Assembly (NCBI GenBank): GCA_964016885.1
Contig: OZ024740.1
Span: forward strand, 33,170,001-33,234,000
DNA length: 64,000 nt
Reading direction: 5' to 3'
Source of the DNA: Eledone cirrhosa
Lineage: Eukaryota
Shown: positions 42,801 through 58,300 of the stretch, in pieces
Numbering within the stretch: position 1 is the stretch's first letter
How the letters are laid out: each line of letters opens with the position of its first letter
Translations under genes and position numbers: made by a program
Notes under the pieces: model-generated
The model's input: the letters and a program-made list of their open reading frames with translations, nothing else
Told to the model about the DNA's origin: nothing
Database searches by the model: none

Positions 42801-45800
42801 AGAAAGTGTTCATCTATATATTCTACATAGAAAGTGTTCATCTATATATTTTAGATAGAAAGTGTTTATTTATATATTCTAGATAGAAAGTGTTCATCTA
42901 TATATTCTAGATAGAAAGTGACCATCTATATAATCTAGATAGAATGTATTCATCTATATTTTCTAGATAGAAAGTGACCATCTATATATTCTAGATAGAA
43001 AGTGTTCATCTATATATTCTAGATAGAAAGTGACTATCTATATATTCTAGATAGAAAATGACAATCTATATATTTCAGACAGAATGTGACCATCTATATA
43101 TTTTAAATAGAAAATGACCATCTATATTTTCTAGATAGAAAGTGACCATCTATATATTTTAGATAGAAAGTGACCATCTATATATTTTAGACAGAAAGTG
43201 TTCATCTATATATTCTAGATAGAAAGTGTTCATCTATATATTCTAGATAGAAAGTGACCATCTATATATTCCAGATAGAAAGTGTTCATCTATATATTCT
43301 AGATAGAAAGTGTTCATCTATATATTCTACATAGAAAGTGTTCATCTATATATTTTAGATAGAAAGTGTTTATTTATATATTCTAGATAGAAAGTGTTCA
43401 TCTATATATTCTAGATAGAAAGTGACCATCTATATATTCTAGATAGAATGTATTCATCTATATTTTCTAGATAGAAAGTGACCATCTATATATTCTAGAT
43501 AGAAAGTGACCATCTATATATTCTAGATAGAAAGTGACCATCTTTATATTTTAGATAAAAAGTGTTCATCTATATATTCTAGATAGAAAGTGACCATCTA
43601 TACATTCTAGATAGAGAGTGTTCATCTATATATTCTAGATAGAAAGTGTTCATCTATATATTCCAGATAGAAAGTGTTCATCTATATATTCTAGATAGAA
43701 AGTGACCATCTATATATTCTAGATAGAAAGTGACCATCTATATATTCTAGATAGAAAGTGACCATGTATATATTCTAGATAGAAAGTAACCATCTATATA
43801 TTTTAGATTGAAAATGACCATCTATATATATACTCTAGATAGAAAGTGTTCACATATATATTCTAGATAGAAAGTGTTCATCTATATATCCCAGATAGAA
43901 AGTGTTCATCTATATATTCTACATAGAAAGTGTTCATCTATATATTTTAGATAGAAAGTGTTTATTTATATATTCTAGATAGAAAGTGTTCATATATATA
44001 TTCCAGATAGAAAGTGTTCATCTATATATTCTAGATAGAAAGTGACCATCTATATATTCTAGATAGAAAGTGTTCATCTATATATTCTAGATAGAAAGTG
44101 ACTATCTATATATTCTAGATAGAAAATGACAATCTATATATTTCAGATAGAATGTGACCATCTATATATTTTAAATAGAAAATGACCATCTATATATTCT
44201 AGATAGAAAGTGACCGTCTATATATTCTAGATAGAAAATGACCATCTATATATTTTAGATAGAAAGTGACCATCTATATATTTTAGACAGAAAGTGTTCA
44301 TCTATATATTCTAGATAGAAAGTGACCATCTATATATTCTAGATAGAAAATGACCATCTATATATTTTAGATAGAAAGTGTTCATCTATATATTCTAGAT
44401 AGAAAGTGACCATCTATATATTCTAGATAGAAAGTGTTCATCTATATATTCTAGATAGAAAGTGACTATCTATATATTCTAGATAGAAAATGACAATCTA
44501 TATATTTCAGATAGAATGTGACCATCTATATATTTTAAATAGAAAATGACCATCTATATATTCTAGATAGAAAGTGACCCTCTATATATTTTAGATAGAA
44601 AGTGACCATCTATATATTTTAGACAGAAAGTGTTCATCTATATATTCTAGATAGAAAGTGTTCATCTATATATTCTAGATAGAAAGTGACCATCTATATA
44701 TTCCAGATAGAAAGTGTTCATCTATATATTCTAGATAGAAAGTGTTCGTCTATATATTCTACATAGAAAGTGTTCATCTATATATTTTAGATAGAAAGTG
44801 TTTATTTATATATTCTAGATAGAAAGTGTTCATCTATATATTCTAGATAGAAAGTGACCATCTATATATTCTAGATAGAAAGTGTTCATCTATATATTCT
44901 ACATAGAAAGTGTTCATCTATATATTTTAGATAGAAAGTGTTTATTTATATATTCTAGATAGAAAGTGTTCATCTATATATTCTAGATAGAAAGTGACCA
45001 TCTATATATTCTAGATAGAAAGTGTTAATCTATATATTCTAGATAGAAAGTGACCATCTATATATTCTAGATAGAATGTATTCATCTATATTTTCTATAT
45101 AGAAAGTGACCATCTATATATTCTATATAGAAAGTGACCATTTATATATTTTAGATAGAAAGTGTTCATTTATATATTCTAGATAGAAAATGACCATCTA
45201 TATATTTTAGATAGAAAGTGACCATCTATATATTTTAGACAGAAAGTGTTCATCTATATATTCTAGATAGAAAGTGTTCATCTATATATTCTAGATAGAA
45301 AGTGACCATCCATATAATCTAGATAGAAAGTTTTCATATATATATTCTAGATAGAAAGTGACCATCTATATATTCCAGATAGAAAGTGTTCATATATATC
45401 TTCTAGATAGAAAGTGTTCATCTATATATTCCAGATAGAAAGTGTTCATCTATATATTCTACATAGAAAGTGTTCATCTATATATTTTAGATAGAAAGTG
45501 TTTATTTATATATTCTAGATAGAATGTGACCATCTATATATTCAAGATAGAAAGTGTTCATCTATATATTTTAGATAGAAAGTGACCATCTAATTATTCT
45601 ATATAGAAAGTGACCATCTATATATTTTAGATAGAAAGTGTTCATCTATATATTCTAGATAGAAAATGACCATCTATATATTTTAGATAGAAAGTGACCA
45701 TCTATATATTTTAGACAGAAAGTGTTCATCTATATATTCTAGATAGAAAGTGACCATCCATATAATCTAGATAGAAAGTTTTCATTTATATATTCCAGAT

Positions 45801-48800
45801 AGAAAGTGACCATCTATATATTTTAGATAGAAAGTGTTCATCTATATATTCTAGAGAGAAAGTGTTCATCTATATATTTTAGATAGAAAGTGACCATCTA
45901 TATATTTTAGATAAAAAGTGACCATCTATATATTTTAGATAGAAAGTGTTCATCTATATAATCTAGATAGAAAGTGTTCATCTATATATTCTAGATAGAA
46001 AGTGACCATGTATATATTCTAGATAGAAAGTGACCATGTATATATTCTAGATAGAAAGTAACCATCTATATATTTTAGATTGAAAATGACCATCTATATA
46101 TTTTAGATTGAAAATGACCATCTATATATATATTCTAGATAGAAAGTGTTCATATATATATTCTAGATAGAAAGTGTTCATCTATATATTCCAGATAAAA
46201 AGTGTTCATCTATATATTCTACATAGAAAGTGTTCATCTATATATTTTAGATAGAAAGTGTTCATCTATATATTCTAGATAGAAAGTGATCATCTATATA
46301 TTTTAGATAGAAAGTGACCATCTATATATTTTAGATAGAAAGTGTTCATCTATATACTCTAGATAGAAAGTGACCATCTATACATTCTAGATAGAGAGTG
46401 TTCATCTATATATTCTAGATAGAAAGTGTTCATCTATATATTCCAGATAGAAAGTGACATCTATATATTTTAGATAGAAAGTGTTCATCTATATATTCTA
46501 GATAGAAAATGACCATCTATATATTTTAGATAGAAAGTGACCATCTATATATTTTAGACAGAAAGTGTTCATCTATATATTCTAGATAGAAAGTGACCAT
46601 CTATACTATATATTCTAGATAGAAAATGACCATCTATATATTTTAGATAGAAAGTGTTCATCTATATATTCTAGATAGAAAGTGACCATCTATGTATTCT
46701 AGATAGAAAGTGTTCATCTATATATTCTAGATAGAAAGTGACTATCTATATATTCTAGATAGAAAATGACAATCTATATATTTCAGATAGAATGTGACCA
46801 TCTATATATTTTAAATAGAAAATGACCATCTATATATTCTAGATAGAAAGTGACCATCTATATATTTTAGATAGAAAGTGACCCTCTATATATTTTAGAC
46901 AGAAAGTGTTCATCTATATATTCTAGATAGAAAGTGTTCATCTATATATTCTAGATAGAAAGTGACCATCTATATATTCCAGATAGAAAGTGTTCATCTA
47001 TATATTCTAGATAGAAAGTGTTCATCTATATATTCTACATAGAAAGTGTTCATCTATATATTTTAGATAGAAAGTGTTTATTTATATATTCTAGATAGAA
47101 AGTGTTCATCTATATATTCTAGATAGAAAGTGACCATCTATATATTCTAGATAGAATGTATTCATCTATATTTTCTAGATAGAAAGTGACCATCTATATA
47201 TTCTAGATAGAAAGTGTTCATCTATATATTCTAGATAGAAAGTGACTATCTATATATTCTAGATAGAAAATGACAATCTATATATTTCAGATAGAATGTG
47301 ACCATCTATATATTTTAAATAGAACATGACCATCTATATATTCTAGATAGAAAGTGACCATCTATATATTTTAGATAGAAAGTGACCATCTATATATTTT
47401 AGACAGAAAGTGTTCATCTATATATTCTAGATAGAAAGTGACCATCCATATAATCTAGATAGAAAGTTTTCATATATATATTCTAGATAGAAAGTGACCA
47501 TCTATATATTCCAAATAGAAAGTGTTCATCTATATATTCTAGATAGAAAGTGTTCATCTATATATTCTACATAGAAAGTGTTCATCTATATATTTTAGAT
47601 AGAAAGTGTTTATTTATATATTCTAGATAGAAAGTGTTCATCTATATATTCTAGATAGAAAGTGACCATCTATATATTCTAGATAGAAAATGACAATCTA
47701 TATATTTCAGATAGAATGTGACCATCTATATATTTTAAATAGAAAATGACCATCTATATATTCTACATAGAAAGTGACCATCTATATATTTTATATAGAA
47801 AGTGACCATCTATATATTTTAGACAGAAAGTGTTCATCTATATATTCTAGATAGAAAGTGTTCATCTATATATTCTAGATAGAAAGTGACCATCTATATA
47901 TTCCAGATAGAAAGTGTTCATCTATATATTCTAGATAGAAAGTGTTCATCTATATATTCTACATAGAAAGTGTTCATCTATATATTTTAGATAGAAAGTG
48001 TTTATTTATATATTCTAGATAGAAAGTGTTCATCTATATATTCTAGATAGAAAGTGACCATCTATATAATCTAGATAGAATGTATTCATCTATATTTTCT
48101 AGATAGAAAGTGACCATCTATATATTCTAGATAGAAAGTGTTCATCTATATATTCTAGATAGAAAGTGACTATCTATATATTCTAGATAGAAAATGACAA
48201 TCTATATATTTCAGACAGAATGTGACCATCTATATATTTTAAATAGAAAATGACCATCTATATATTCTAGATAGAAAGTGACCATCTATATATTTTAGAT
48301 AGAAAGTGACCATCTATATATTTTAGACAGAAAGTGTTCATCTATATATTCTAGATAGAAAGTGTTCATCTATATATTCTAGATAGAAAGTGACCATCTA
48401 TATATTCCAGATAGAAAGTGTTCATCTATATATTCTAGATAGAAAGTGTTCATCTATATATTCTACATAGAAAGTGTTCATCTATATATTTTAGATAGAA
48501 AGTGTTTATTTATATATTCTAGATAGAAAGTGTTCATCTATATATTCTAGATAGAAAGTGACCATCTATATATTCTAGATAGAATGTATTCATCTATATT
48601 TTCTAGATAGAAAGTGACCATCTATATATTCTAGATAGAAAGTGACCATCTATATATTCTAGATAGAAAGTGACCATCTTTATATTTTAGATAAAAAGTG
48701 TTCATCTATATATTCTAGATAGAAAGTGACCATCTATACATTCTAGATAGAGAGTGTTCATCTATATATTCTAGATAGAAAGTGTTCATCTATATATTCC

Positions 48801-49355
48801 AGATAGAAAGTGTTCATCTATATATTCTAGATAGAAAGTGACCATCTATATATTCTAGATAGAAAGTGACCATCTATATATTCTAGATAGAAAGTGACCA
48901 TGTATATATTCTAGATAGAAAGTAACCATCTATATATTTTAGATTGAAAATGACCATCTATATATATATTCTAGATAGAAAGTGTTCACATATATATTCT
49001 AGATAGAAAGTGTTCATCTATATATCCCAGATAGAAAGTGTTCATCTATATATTCTACATAGAAAGTGTTCATCTATATATTTTAGATAGAAAGTGTTTA
49101 TTTATATATTCTAGATAGAAAGTGTTCATATATATATTCCAGATAGAAAGTGTTCATCTATATATTCTAGATAGAAAGTGACCATCTATATATTCTAGAT
49201 AGAAAGTGTTCATCTATATATTCTAGATAGAAAGTGACTATCTATATATTCTAGATAGAAAATGACAATCTATATATTTCAGATAGAATGTGACCATCTA
49301 TATATTTTAAATAGAAAATGACCATCTATATATTCTAGATAGAAAGTGACCGTCT
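33890..49355 (+). repeat. Three tandem copies of a 5164-bp (184-monomer) unit; the third is one monomer shorter (5136 bp)
   Basis: gttcgtct 34420/39584/44748; aattattc 35264/40428/45592; ctatactata 36301/41465/46601; gaccgtct 39051/44215/49351. Confidence 0.92.
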
Positions 49356-52300
49356 ATATATTTTAGATAGAAAGTGACCATCTATATATTTTAGACAGAA
49401 AGTGTTCATCTATATATTCTAGATAGAAAGTGTTCATCTATATATTCTAGATAGAAAGTGACCATCTATATATTCCAGATAGAAAGTGTTCATCTATATA
49501 TTCTAGATAGAAAGTGTTCATCTATATATTCTACATAGAAAGTGTTCATCTATATATTTTAGATAGAAAGTGTTTATTTATATATTCTAGATAGAAAGTG
49601 TTCATCTATATATTCTAGATAGAAAGTGACCATCTATATATTCTAGATAGAATGTATTCATCTATATTTTCTAGATAGAAAGTGACCATCTATATATTCT
49701 ATATAGAAAGTGACCATTTATATATTTTAGATAGAAAGTGTTCATTTATATATTCTAGATAGAAAATGACCATCTATATATTTTAGATAGAAAGTGACCA
49801 TCTATATATTTTAGACAGAAAGTGTTCATCTATATATTCTAGATAGAAAGTGACCATCCATATAATCTAGATAGAAAGTTTTCATATATATATTCTAGAT
49901 AGAAAGTGACCATCTATATATTCCAGATAGAAAGTGTTCATCTATATATTCTAGATAGAAAGTGTTCATCTATATATTCTACATAGAAAGTGTTCATCTA
50001 TATATTTTAGATAGAAAGTGTTTATTTATATATTCTAGATAGAAAGTGTTCATCTATATATTCTAGATAGAAAGTGACCATCTATATATTCTAGATAGAA
50101 AATGACGATCTATATATTTAGGATAGAATGTGACCATCTATATATTTTAAATAGAAAATGACCATCTATATATTCTACATAGAAAGTGACCATCTATATA
50201 TTTTATATAGAAAGTGACCATCTATATATTTTAGACAGAAAGTGTTCATCTATATATTCTAGATAGAAAGTGTTCATCTATATATTCTAGATAGAAAGTG
50301 ACCATCTATATATTCCAGATAGAAAGTGTTCATCTATATATTCTAGATAGAAAGTGTTCATCTATATATTCTACATAGAAAGTGTTCATCTATATATTTT
50401 AGATAGAAAGTGTTTATTTATATATTCTAGATAGAAAGTGTTCATCTATATATTCTAGATAGAAAGTGACCATCTATATAATCTAGATAGAATGTATTCA
50501 TCTATATTTTCTAGATAGAAAGTGACCATCTATATATTCTAGATAGAAAGTGTTCATCTATATATTCTAGATAGAAAGTGACTATCTATATATTTTAGAT
50601 AGAAAATGACAATCTATATATTTCAGATAGAATGTGACCATCTATATATTTTAAATAGAAAATGACCATCTATATATTCTAGATAGAAAGTGACCATCTA
50701 TATATTTTAGATAGAAAGTGACCATCTATATATTTTAGACAGAAAGTGTTCATCTATATATTCTAGATAGAAAGTGTTCATCTATATATTCTAGATAGAA
50801 AGTGACCATCTATATATTCCAGATAGAAAGTGTTCATCTATATATTCTAGATAGAAAGTGTTCATCTATATATTCTACATAGAAAGTGTTCATCTATATA
50901 TTTTAGATAGAAAGTGTTTATTTATATATTCTAGATAGAAAGTGTTCATCTATATATTCTAGATAGAAAGTGACCATCTATATATTCTAGATAGAATGTA
51001 TTCATCTATATTTTCTAGATAGAAAGTGACCATCTATATATTCTAGATAGAAAGTGACCATCTATATATTCTAGATAGAAAGTGACCATCTTTATATTTT
51101 AGATAAAAAGTGTTCATCTATATATTCTAGATAGAAAGTGACCATCTATACATTCTAGATAGAGAGTGTTCCTCTATATATTCTAGATAGAAAGTGTTCA
51201 TCTATATATTCCAGATAGAAAGTGTTCATCTATATATTCTAGATAGAAAGTGACCATCTATATATTCTAGATAGAAAGTGACCATCTATATATTCTAGAT
51301 AGAAAGTGACCATGTATATATTCTAGATAGAAAGTAACCATCTATATATTTTAGATTGAAAATGACCATCTATATATATATTCTAGATAGAAAGTGTTCA
51401 CATATATATTCTAGATAGAAAGTGTTCATCTATATATCCCAGATAGAAAGTGTTCATCTATATATTCTACATAGAAAGTGTTCATCTATATATTTTAGAT
51501 AGAAAGTGTTTATTTATATATTCTAGATAGAAAGTGTTCATATATATATTCCAGATAGAAAGTGTTCATCTATATATTCTAGATAGAAAGTGACTATCTA
51601 TATATTCTAGATAGAAAATGACAATCTATATATTTCAGATAGAATGTGACCATCTATATATTTTAAATAGAAAATGACCATCTATATATTCTAGATAGAA
51701 AGTGACCGTCTATATATTTTAGATAGAAAGTGACCATCTATATATTTTAGACAGAAAGTGTTCATCTATATATTCTAGATAGAAAGTGTTCATCTATATA
51801 TTCTAGATAGAAAGTGACCATCTATATATTCCAGATAGAAAGTGTTCATCTATATATTCTAGATAGAAAGTGTTCATCTATATATTCTACATAGAAAGTG
51901 TTCATCTATATATTTTAGATAGAAAGTGTTTATTTATATATTCTAGATAGAAAGTGTTCATCTATATATTCTAGATAGAAAGTGACCATCTATATATTCT
52001 AGATAGAATGTATTCATCTATATTTTCTAGATAGAAAGTGACCATGTATATATTCTATATAGAAAGTGACCATTTATATATTTTAGATAGAAAGTGTTCA
52101 TTTATATATTCTAGATAGAAAATGACCATCTATATATTTTAGATAGAAAGTGACCATCTATATATTTTAGACAGAAAGTGTTCATCTATATATTCTAGAT
52201 AGAAAGTGACCATCCATATAATCTAGATAGAAAGTTTTCATATATATATTCTAGATAGAAAGTGACCATCTATATATTCCAGATAGAAAGTGTTCATCTA

Positions 52301-55300
52301 TATATTCTAGATAGAAAGTGTTCATCTATATATTCTACATAGAAAGTGTTCATCTATATATTTTAGATAGAAAGTGTTTATTTATATATTCTAGATAGAA
52401 AGTGTTCATCTATATATTCTAGATAGAAAGTGACCATCTATATATTCTAGATAGAAAATGACGATCTATATATTTCAGATAGAATGTGACCATCTATATA
52501 TTTTAAATAGAAAATGACCATCTATATATTCTACATAGAAAGTGACCATCTATATATTTTATATAGAAAGTGACCATCTATATATTTTAGACAGAAAGTG
52601 TTCATCTATATATTCTAGATAGAAAGTGTTCATCTATATATTCTAGATAGAAAGTGACCATCTATATATTCCAGATAGAAAGTGTTCATCTATATATTCT
52701 AGATAGAAAGTGTTCATCTATATATTCTACATAGAAAGTGTTCATCTATATATTTTAGATAGAAAGTGTTTATTTATATATTCTAGATAGAAAGTGTTCA
52801 TCTATATATTCTAGATAGAAAGTGACCATCTATATAATCTAGATAGAATGTATTCATCTATATTTTCTAGATAGAAAGTGACCATCTATATATTCTAGAT
52901 AGAAAGTGTTCATCTATATATTCTAGATAGAAAGTGACTATCTATATATTTTAGATAGAAAATGACAATCTATATATTTCAGATAGAATGTGACCATCTA
53001 TATATTTTAAATAGAAAATGACCATCTATATATTCTAGATAGAAAGTGACCATCTATATATTTTAGATAGAAAGTGACCATCTATATATTTTAGACAGAA
53101 AGTGTTCATCTATATATTCTAGATAGAAAGTGTTCATCTATATATTCTAGATAGAAAGTGACCATCTATATATTCCAGATAGAAAGTGTTCATCTATATA
53201 TTCTAGATAGAAAGTGTTCATCTATATATTCTACATAGAAAGTGTTCATCTATATATTTTAGATAGAAAGTGTTTATTTATATATTCTAGATAGAAAGTG
53301 TTCATCTATATATTCTAGATAGAAAGTGACCATCTATATATTCCAGATAGAAAGTGTTCATCTATATATTCTAGATAGAAAGTGTTCATCTATATATTCT
53401 ACATAGAAAGTGTTCATCTATATATTTTAGATAGAAAGTGTTTATTTATATATTCTAGATAGAAAGTGTTCATCTATATATTCTAGATAGAAAGTGACCA
53501 TCTATATATTCTAGATAGAATGTATTCATCTATATTTTCTAGATAGAAAGTGACCATGTATATATTCTATATAGAAAGTGACCATTTATATATTTTAGAT
53601 AGAAAGTGTTCATTTATATATTCTAGATAGAAAATGACCATCTATATATTTTAGATAGAAAGTGACCATCTATATATTTTAGACAGAAAGTGTTCATCTA
53701 TATATTCTAGATAGAAAGTGACCATCCATATAATCTAGATAGAAAGTTTTCATATATATATTCTAGATAGAAAGTGACCATCTATATATTCCAGATAGAA
53801 AGTGTTCATCTATATATTCTAGATAGAAAGTGTTCATCTATATATTCTACATAGAAAGTGTTCATCTATATATTTTAGATAGAAAGTGTTTATTTATATA
53901 TTCTAGATAGAAAGTGTTCATCTATATATTCTAGATAGAAAGTGACCATCTATATATTCTAGATAGAAAATGACGATCTATATATTTCAGATAGAATGTG
54001 ACCATCTATATATTTTAAATAGAAAATGACCATCTATATATTCTACATAGAAAGTGACCATCTATATATTTTATATAGAAAGTGACCATCTATATATTTT
54101 AGACAGAAAGTGTTCATCTATATATTCTAGATAGAAAGTGTTCATCTATATATTCTAGATAGAAAGTGACCATCTATATATTCCAGATAGAAAGTGTTCA
54201 TCTATATATTCTAGATAGAAAGTGTTCATCTATATATTCTACATAGAAAGTGTTCATCTATATATTTTAGATAGAAAGTGTTTATTTATATATTCTAGAT
54301 AGAAAGTGTTCATCTATATATTCTAGATAGAAAGTGACCATCTATATAATCTAGATAGAATGTATTCATCTATATTTTCTAGATAGAAAGTGACCATCTA
54401 TATATTCTAGATAGAAAGTGTTCATCTATATATTCTAGATAGAAAGTGACTATCTATATATTTTAGATAGAAAATGACAATCTATATATTTCAGATAGAA
54501 TGTGACCATCTATATATTTTAAATAGAAAATGACCATCTATATATTCTAGATAGAAAGTGACCATCTATATATTTTAGATAGAAAGTGACCATCTATATA
54601 TTTTAGACAGAAAGTGTTCATCTATATATTCTAGATAGAAAGTGTTCATCTATATATTCTAGATAGAAAGTGACCATCTATATATTCCAGATAGAAAGTG
54701 TTCATCTATATATTCTAGATAGAAAGTGTTCATCTATATATTCTACATAGAAAGTGTTCATCTATATATTTTAGATAGAAAGTGTTTATTTATATATTCT
54801 AGATAGAAAGTGTTCATCTATATATTCTAGATAGAAAGTGACCATCTATATATTCTAGATAGAATGTATTCATCTATATTTTCTAGATAGAAAGTGACCA
54901 TCTATATATTCTAGATAGAAAGTGACCATCTATATATTCTAGATAGAAAGTGACCATCTTTATATTTTAGATAAAAAGTGTTCATCTATATATTCTAGAT
55001 AGAAAGTGACCATCTATACATTCTAGATAGAGAGTGTTCCTCTATATATTCTAGATAGAAAGTGTTCATCTATATATTCCAGATAGAAAGTGTTCATCTA
55101 TATATTCTAGATAGAAAGTGACCATCTATATATTCTAGATAGAAAGTGACTATCTATATATTCTAGATAGAAAGTGACCATGTATATATTCTAGATAGAA
55201 AGTAACCATCTATATATTTTAGATTGAAAATGACCATCTATATATATATTCTAGATAGAAAGTGTTCACATATATATTCTAGATAGAAAGTGTTCATCTA

Positions 55301-58300
55301 TATATCCCAGATAGAAAGTGTTCATCTATATATTCTACATAGAAAGTGTTCATCTATATATTTTAGATAGAAAGTGTTTATTTATATATTCTAGATAGAA
55401 AGTGTTCATATATATATTCCAGATAGAAAGTGTTCATCTATATATTCTAGATAGAAAGTGACCATCTATATATTCTAGATAGAAAGTGTTCATCTATATA
55501 TTCTAGATAGAAAGTGACTATCTATATATTCTAGATAGAAAATGACAATCTATATATTTCAGATAGAATGTGACCATCTATATATTTTAAATAGAAAATG
55601 ACCAGCTATATATTCTAGATAGAAAGTGACCGTCTATATATTTTAGATAGAAAGTGACCATCTATATATTTTAGACAGAAAGTGTTCATCTATATATTCT
55701 AGATAGAAAGTGTTCATCTATATATTCTAGATAGAAAGTGACCATCTATATATTCCAGATAGAAAGTGTTCATCTATATATTCTAGATAGAAAGTGTTCA
55801 TCTATATATTCTACATAGAAAGTGTTCATCTATATATTTTAGATAGAAAGTGTTTATTTATATATTCTAGATAGAAAGTGTTCATCTATATATTCTAGAT
55901 AGAAAGTGACCATCTATATATTCTAGATAGAATGTATTCATCTATATTTTCTAGATAGAAAGTGACCATGTATATATTCTATATAGAAAGTGACCATTTA
56001 TATATTTTAGATAGAAAGTGTTCATTTATATATTCTAGATAGAAAATGACCATCTATATATTTTAGATAGAAAGTGACCATCTATATATTTTAGACAGAA
56101 AGTGTTCATCTATATATTCTAGATAGAAAGTGACCATCTATATATTCCAGATAGAAAGTGTTCATCTATATATTCTAGATAGAAAGTGTTCATCTATATA
56201 TTCTACATAGAAAGTGTTCATCTATATATTTTAGATAGAAAGTGTTTATTTATATATTCTAGATAGAAAGTGTTCATCTATATATTCTAGATAGAAAGTG
56301 ACCATCTATATATTCTAGATAGAATGTATTCATCTATATTTTCTAGATAGAAAGTGACCATCTATATATTCTATATAGAAAGTGACCATTTATATATTTT
56401 AGATAGAAAGTGTTCATTTATATATTCTAGATAGAAAATGACCATCTATATATTTTAGATAGAAAGTGACCATCTATATATTTTAGACAGAAAGTGTTCA
56501 TCTATATATTCTAGATAGAAAGTGACCATCCATATAATCTAGATAGAAAGTTTTCATATATATATTCTAGATAGAAAGTGACCATCTATATATTCCAGAT
56601 AGAAAGTGTTCATCTATATATTCTAGATAGAAAGTGTTCATCTATATATTCTACATAGAAAGTGTTCATCTATATATTTTAGATAGAAAGTGTTTATTTA
56701 TATATTCTAGATAGAAAGTGTTCATCTATATATTCTAGATAGAAAGTGACCATCTACATATTCTAGATAGAAAATGACGATCTATATATTTAGGATAGAA
56801 TGTGACCATCTATATATTTTAAATAGAAAATGACCATCTATATATTCTACATAGAAAGTGACCATCTACATATTTTATATAGAAAGTGACCATCTATATA
56901 TTTTAGACAGAAAGTGTTCATCTATATATTCTAGATAGAAAGTGTTCATCTATATATTCTAGATAGAAAGTGACCATCTATATATTCCAGATAGAAAGTG
57001 TTCATCTATATATTCTAGATAGAAAGTGTTCATCTATATATTCTACATAGAAAGTGTTCATCTATATATTTTAGATAGAAAGTGTTTATTTATATATTCT
57101 AGATAGAAAGTGTTCATCTATATATTCTAGATAGAAAGTGACCATCTATATAATCTAGATAGAATGTATTCATCTATATTTTCTAGATAGAAAGTGACCA
57201 TCTATATATTCTAGATAGAAAGTGTTCATCTATATATTCTAGATAGAAAGTGACTATCTATATATTTTAGATAGAAAATGACAATCTATATATTTCAGAT
57301 AGAATGTGACCATCTATATATTTTAAATAGAAAATGACCATCTATATATTCTAGATAGAAAGTGACCATCTATATATTTTAGATAGAAAGTGACCATCTA
57401 TATATTTTAGACAGAAAGTGTTCATCTATATATTCTAGATAGAAAGTGTTCATCTATATATTCTAGATAGAAAGTGACCATCTATATATTCCAGATAGAA
57501 AGTGTTCATCTATATATTCTAGATAGAAAGTGTTCATCTATATATTCTACATAGAAAGTGTTCATCTATATATTTTAGATAGAAAGTGTTTATTTATATA
57601 TTCTAGATAGAAAGTGTTCATCTATATATTCTAGATAGAAAGTGACCATCTATATATTCTAGATAGAATGTATTCATCTATATTTTCTAGATAGAAAGTG
57701 ACCATCTATATATTCTAGATAGAAAGTGACCATCTATATATTCTAGATAGAAAGTGACCATCTTTATATTTTAGATAAAAAGTCTTCATCTATATATTCT
57801 AGATAGAAAGTGACCATCTATACATTCTAGATAGAGAGTGTTCCTCTATATATTCTAGATAGAAAGTGTTCATCTATATATTCCAGATAGAAAGTGTTCA
57901 TCTATATATTCTAGATAGAAAGTGACCATCTATATATTCTAGATAGAAAGTGACCATCTATATATTCTAGATAGAAAGTGACCATGTATATATTCTAGAT
58001 AGAAAGTAACCATCTATATATTTTAGATTGAAAATGACCATCTATATATATATTCTAGATAGAAAGTGTTCACATATATATTCTAGATAGAAAGTGTTCA
58101 TCTATATATCCCAGATAGAAAGTGTTCATCTATATATTCTACATAGAAAGTGTTCATCTATATATTTTAGATAGAAAGTGTTTATTTATATATTCTAGAT
58201 AGAAAGTGTTCATATATATATTCCAGATAGAAAGTGTTCATCTATATATTCTAGATAGAAAGTGACTATCTATATATTCTAGATAGAAAATGACAATCTA

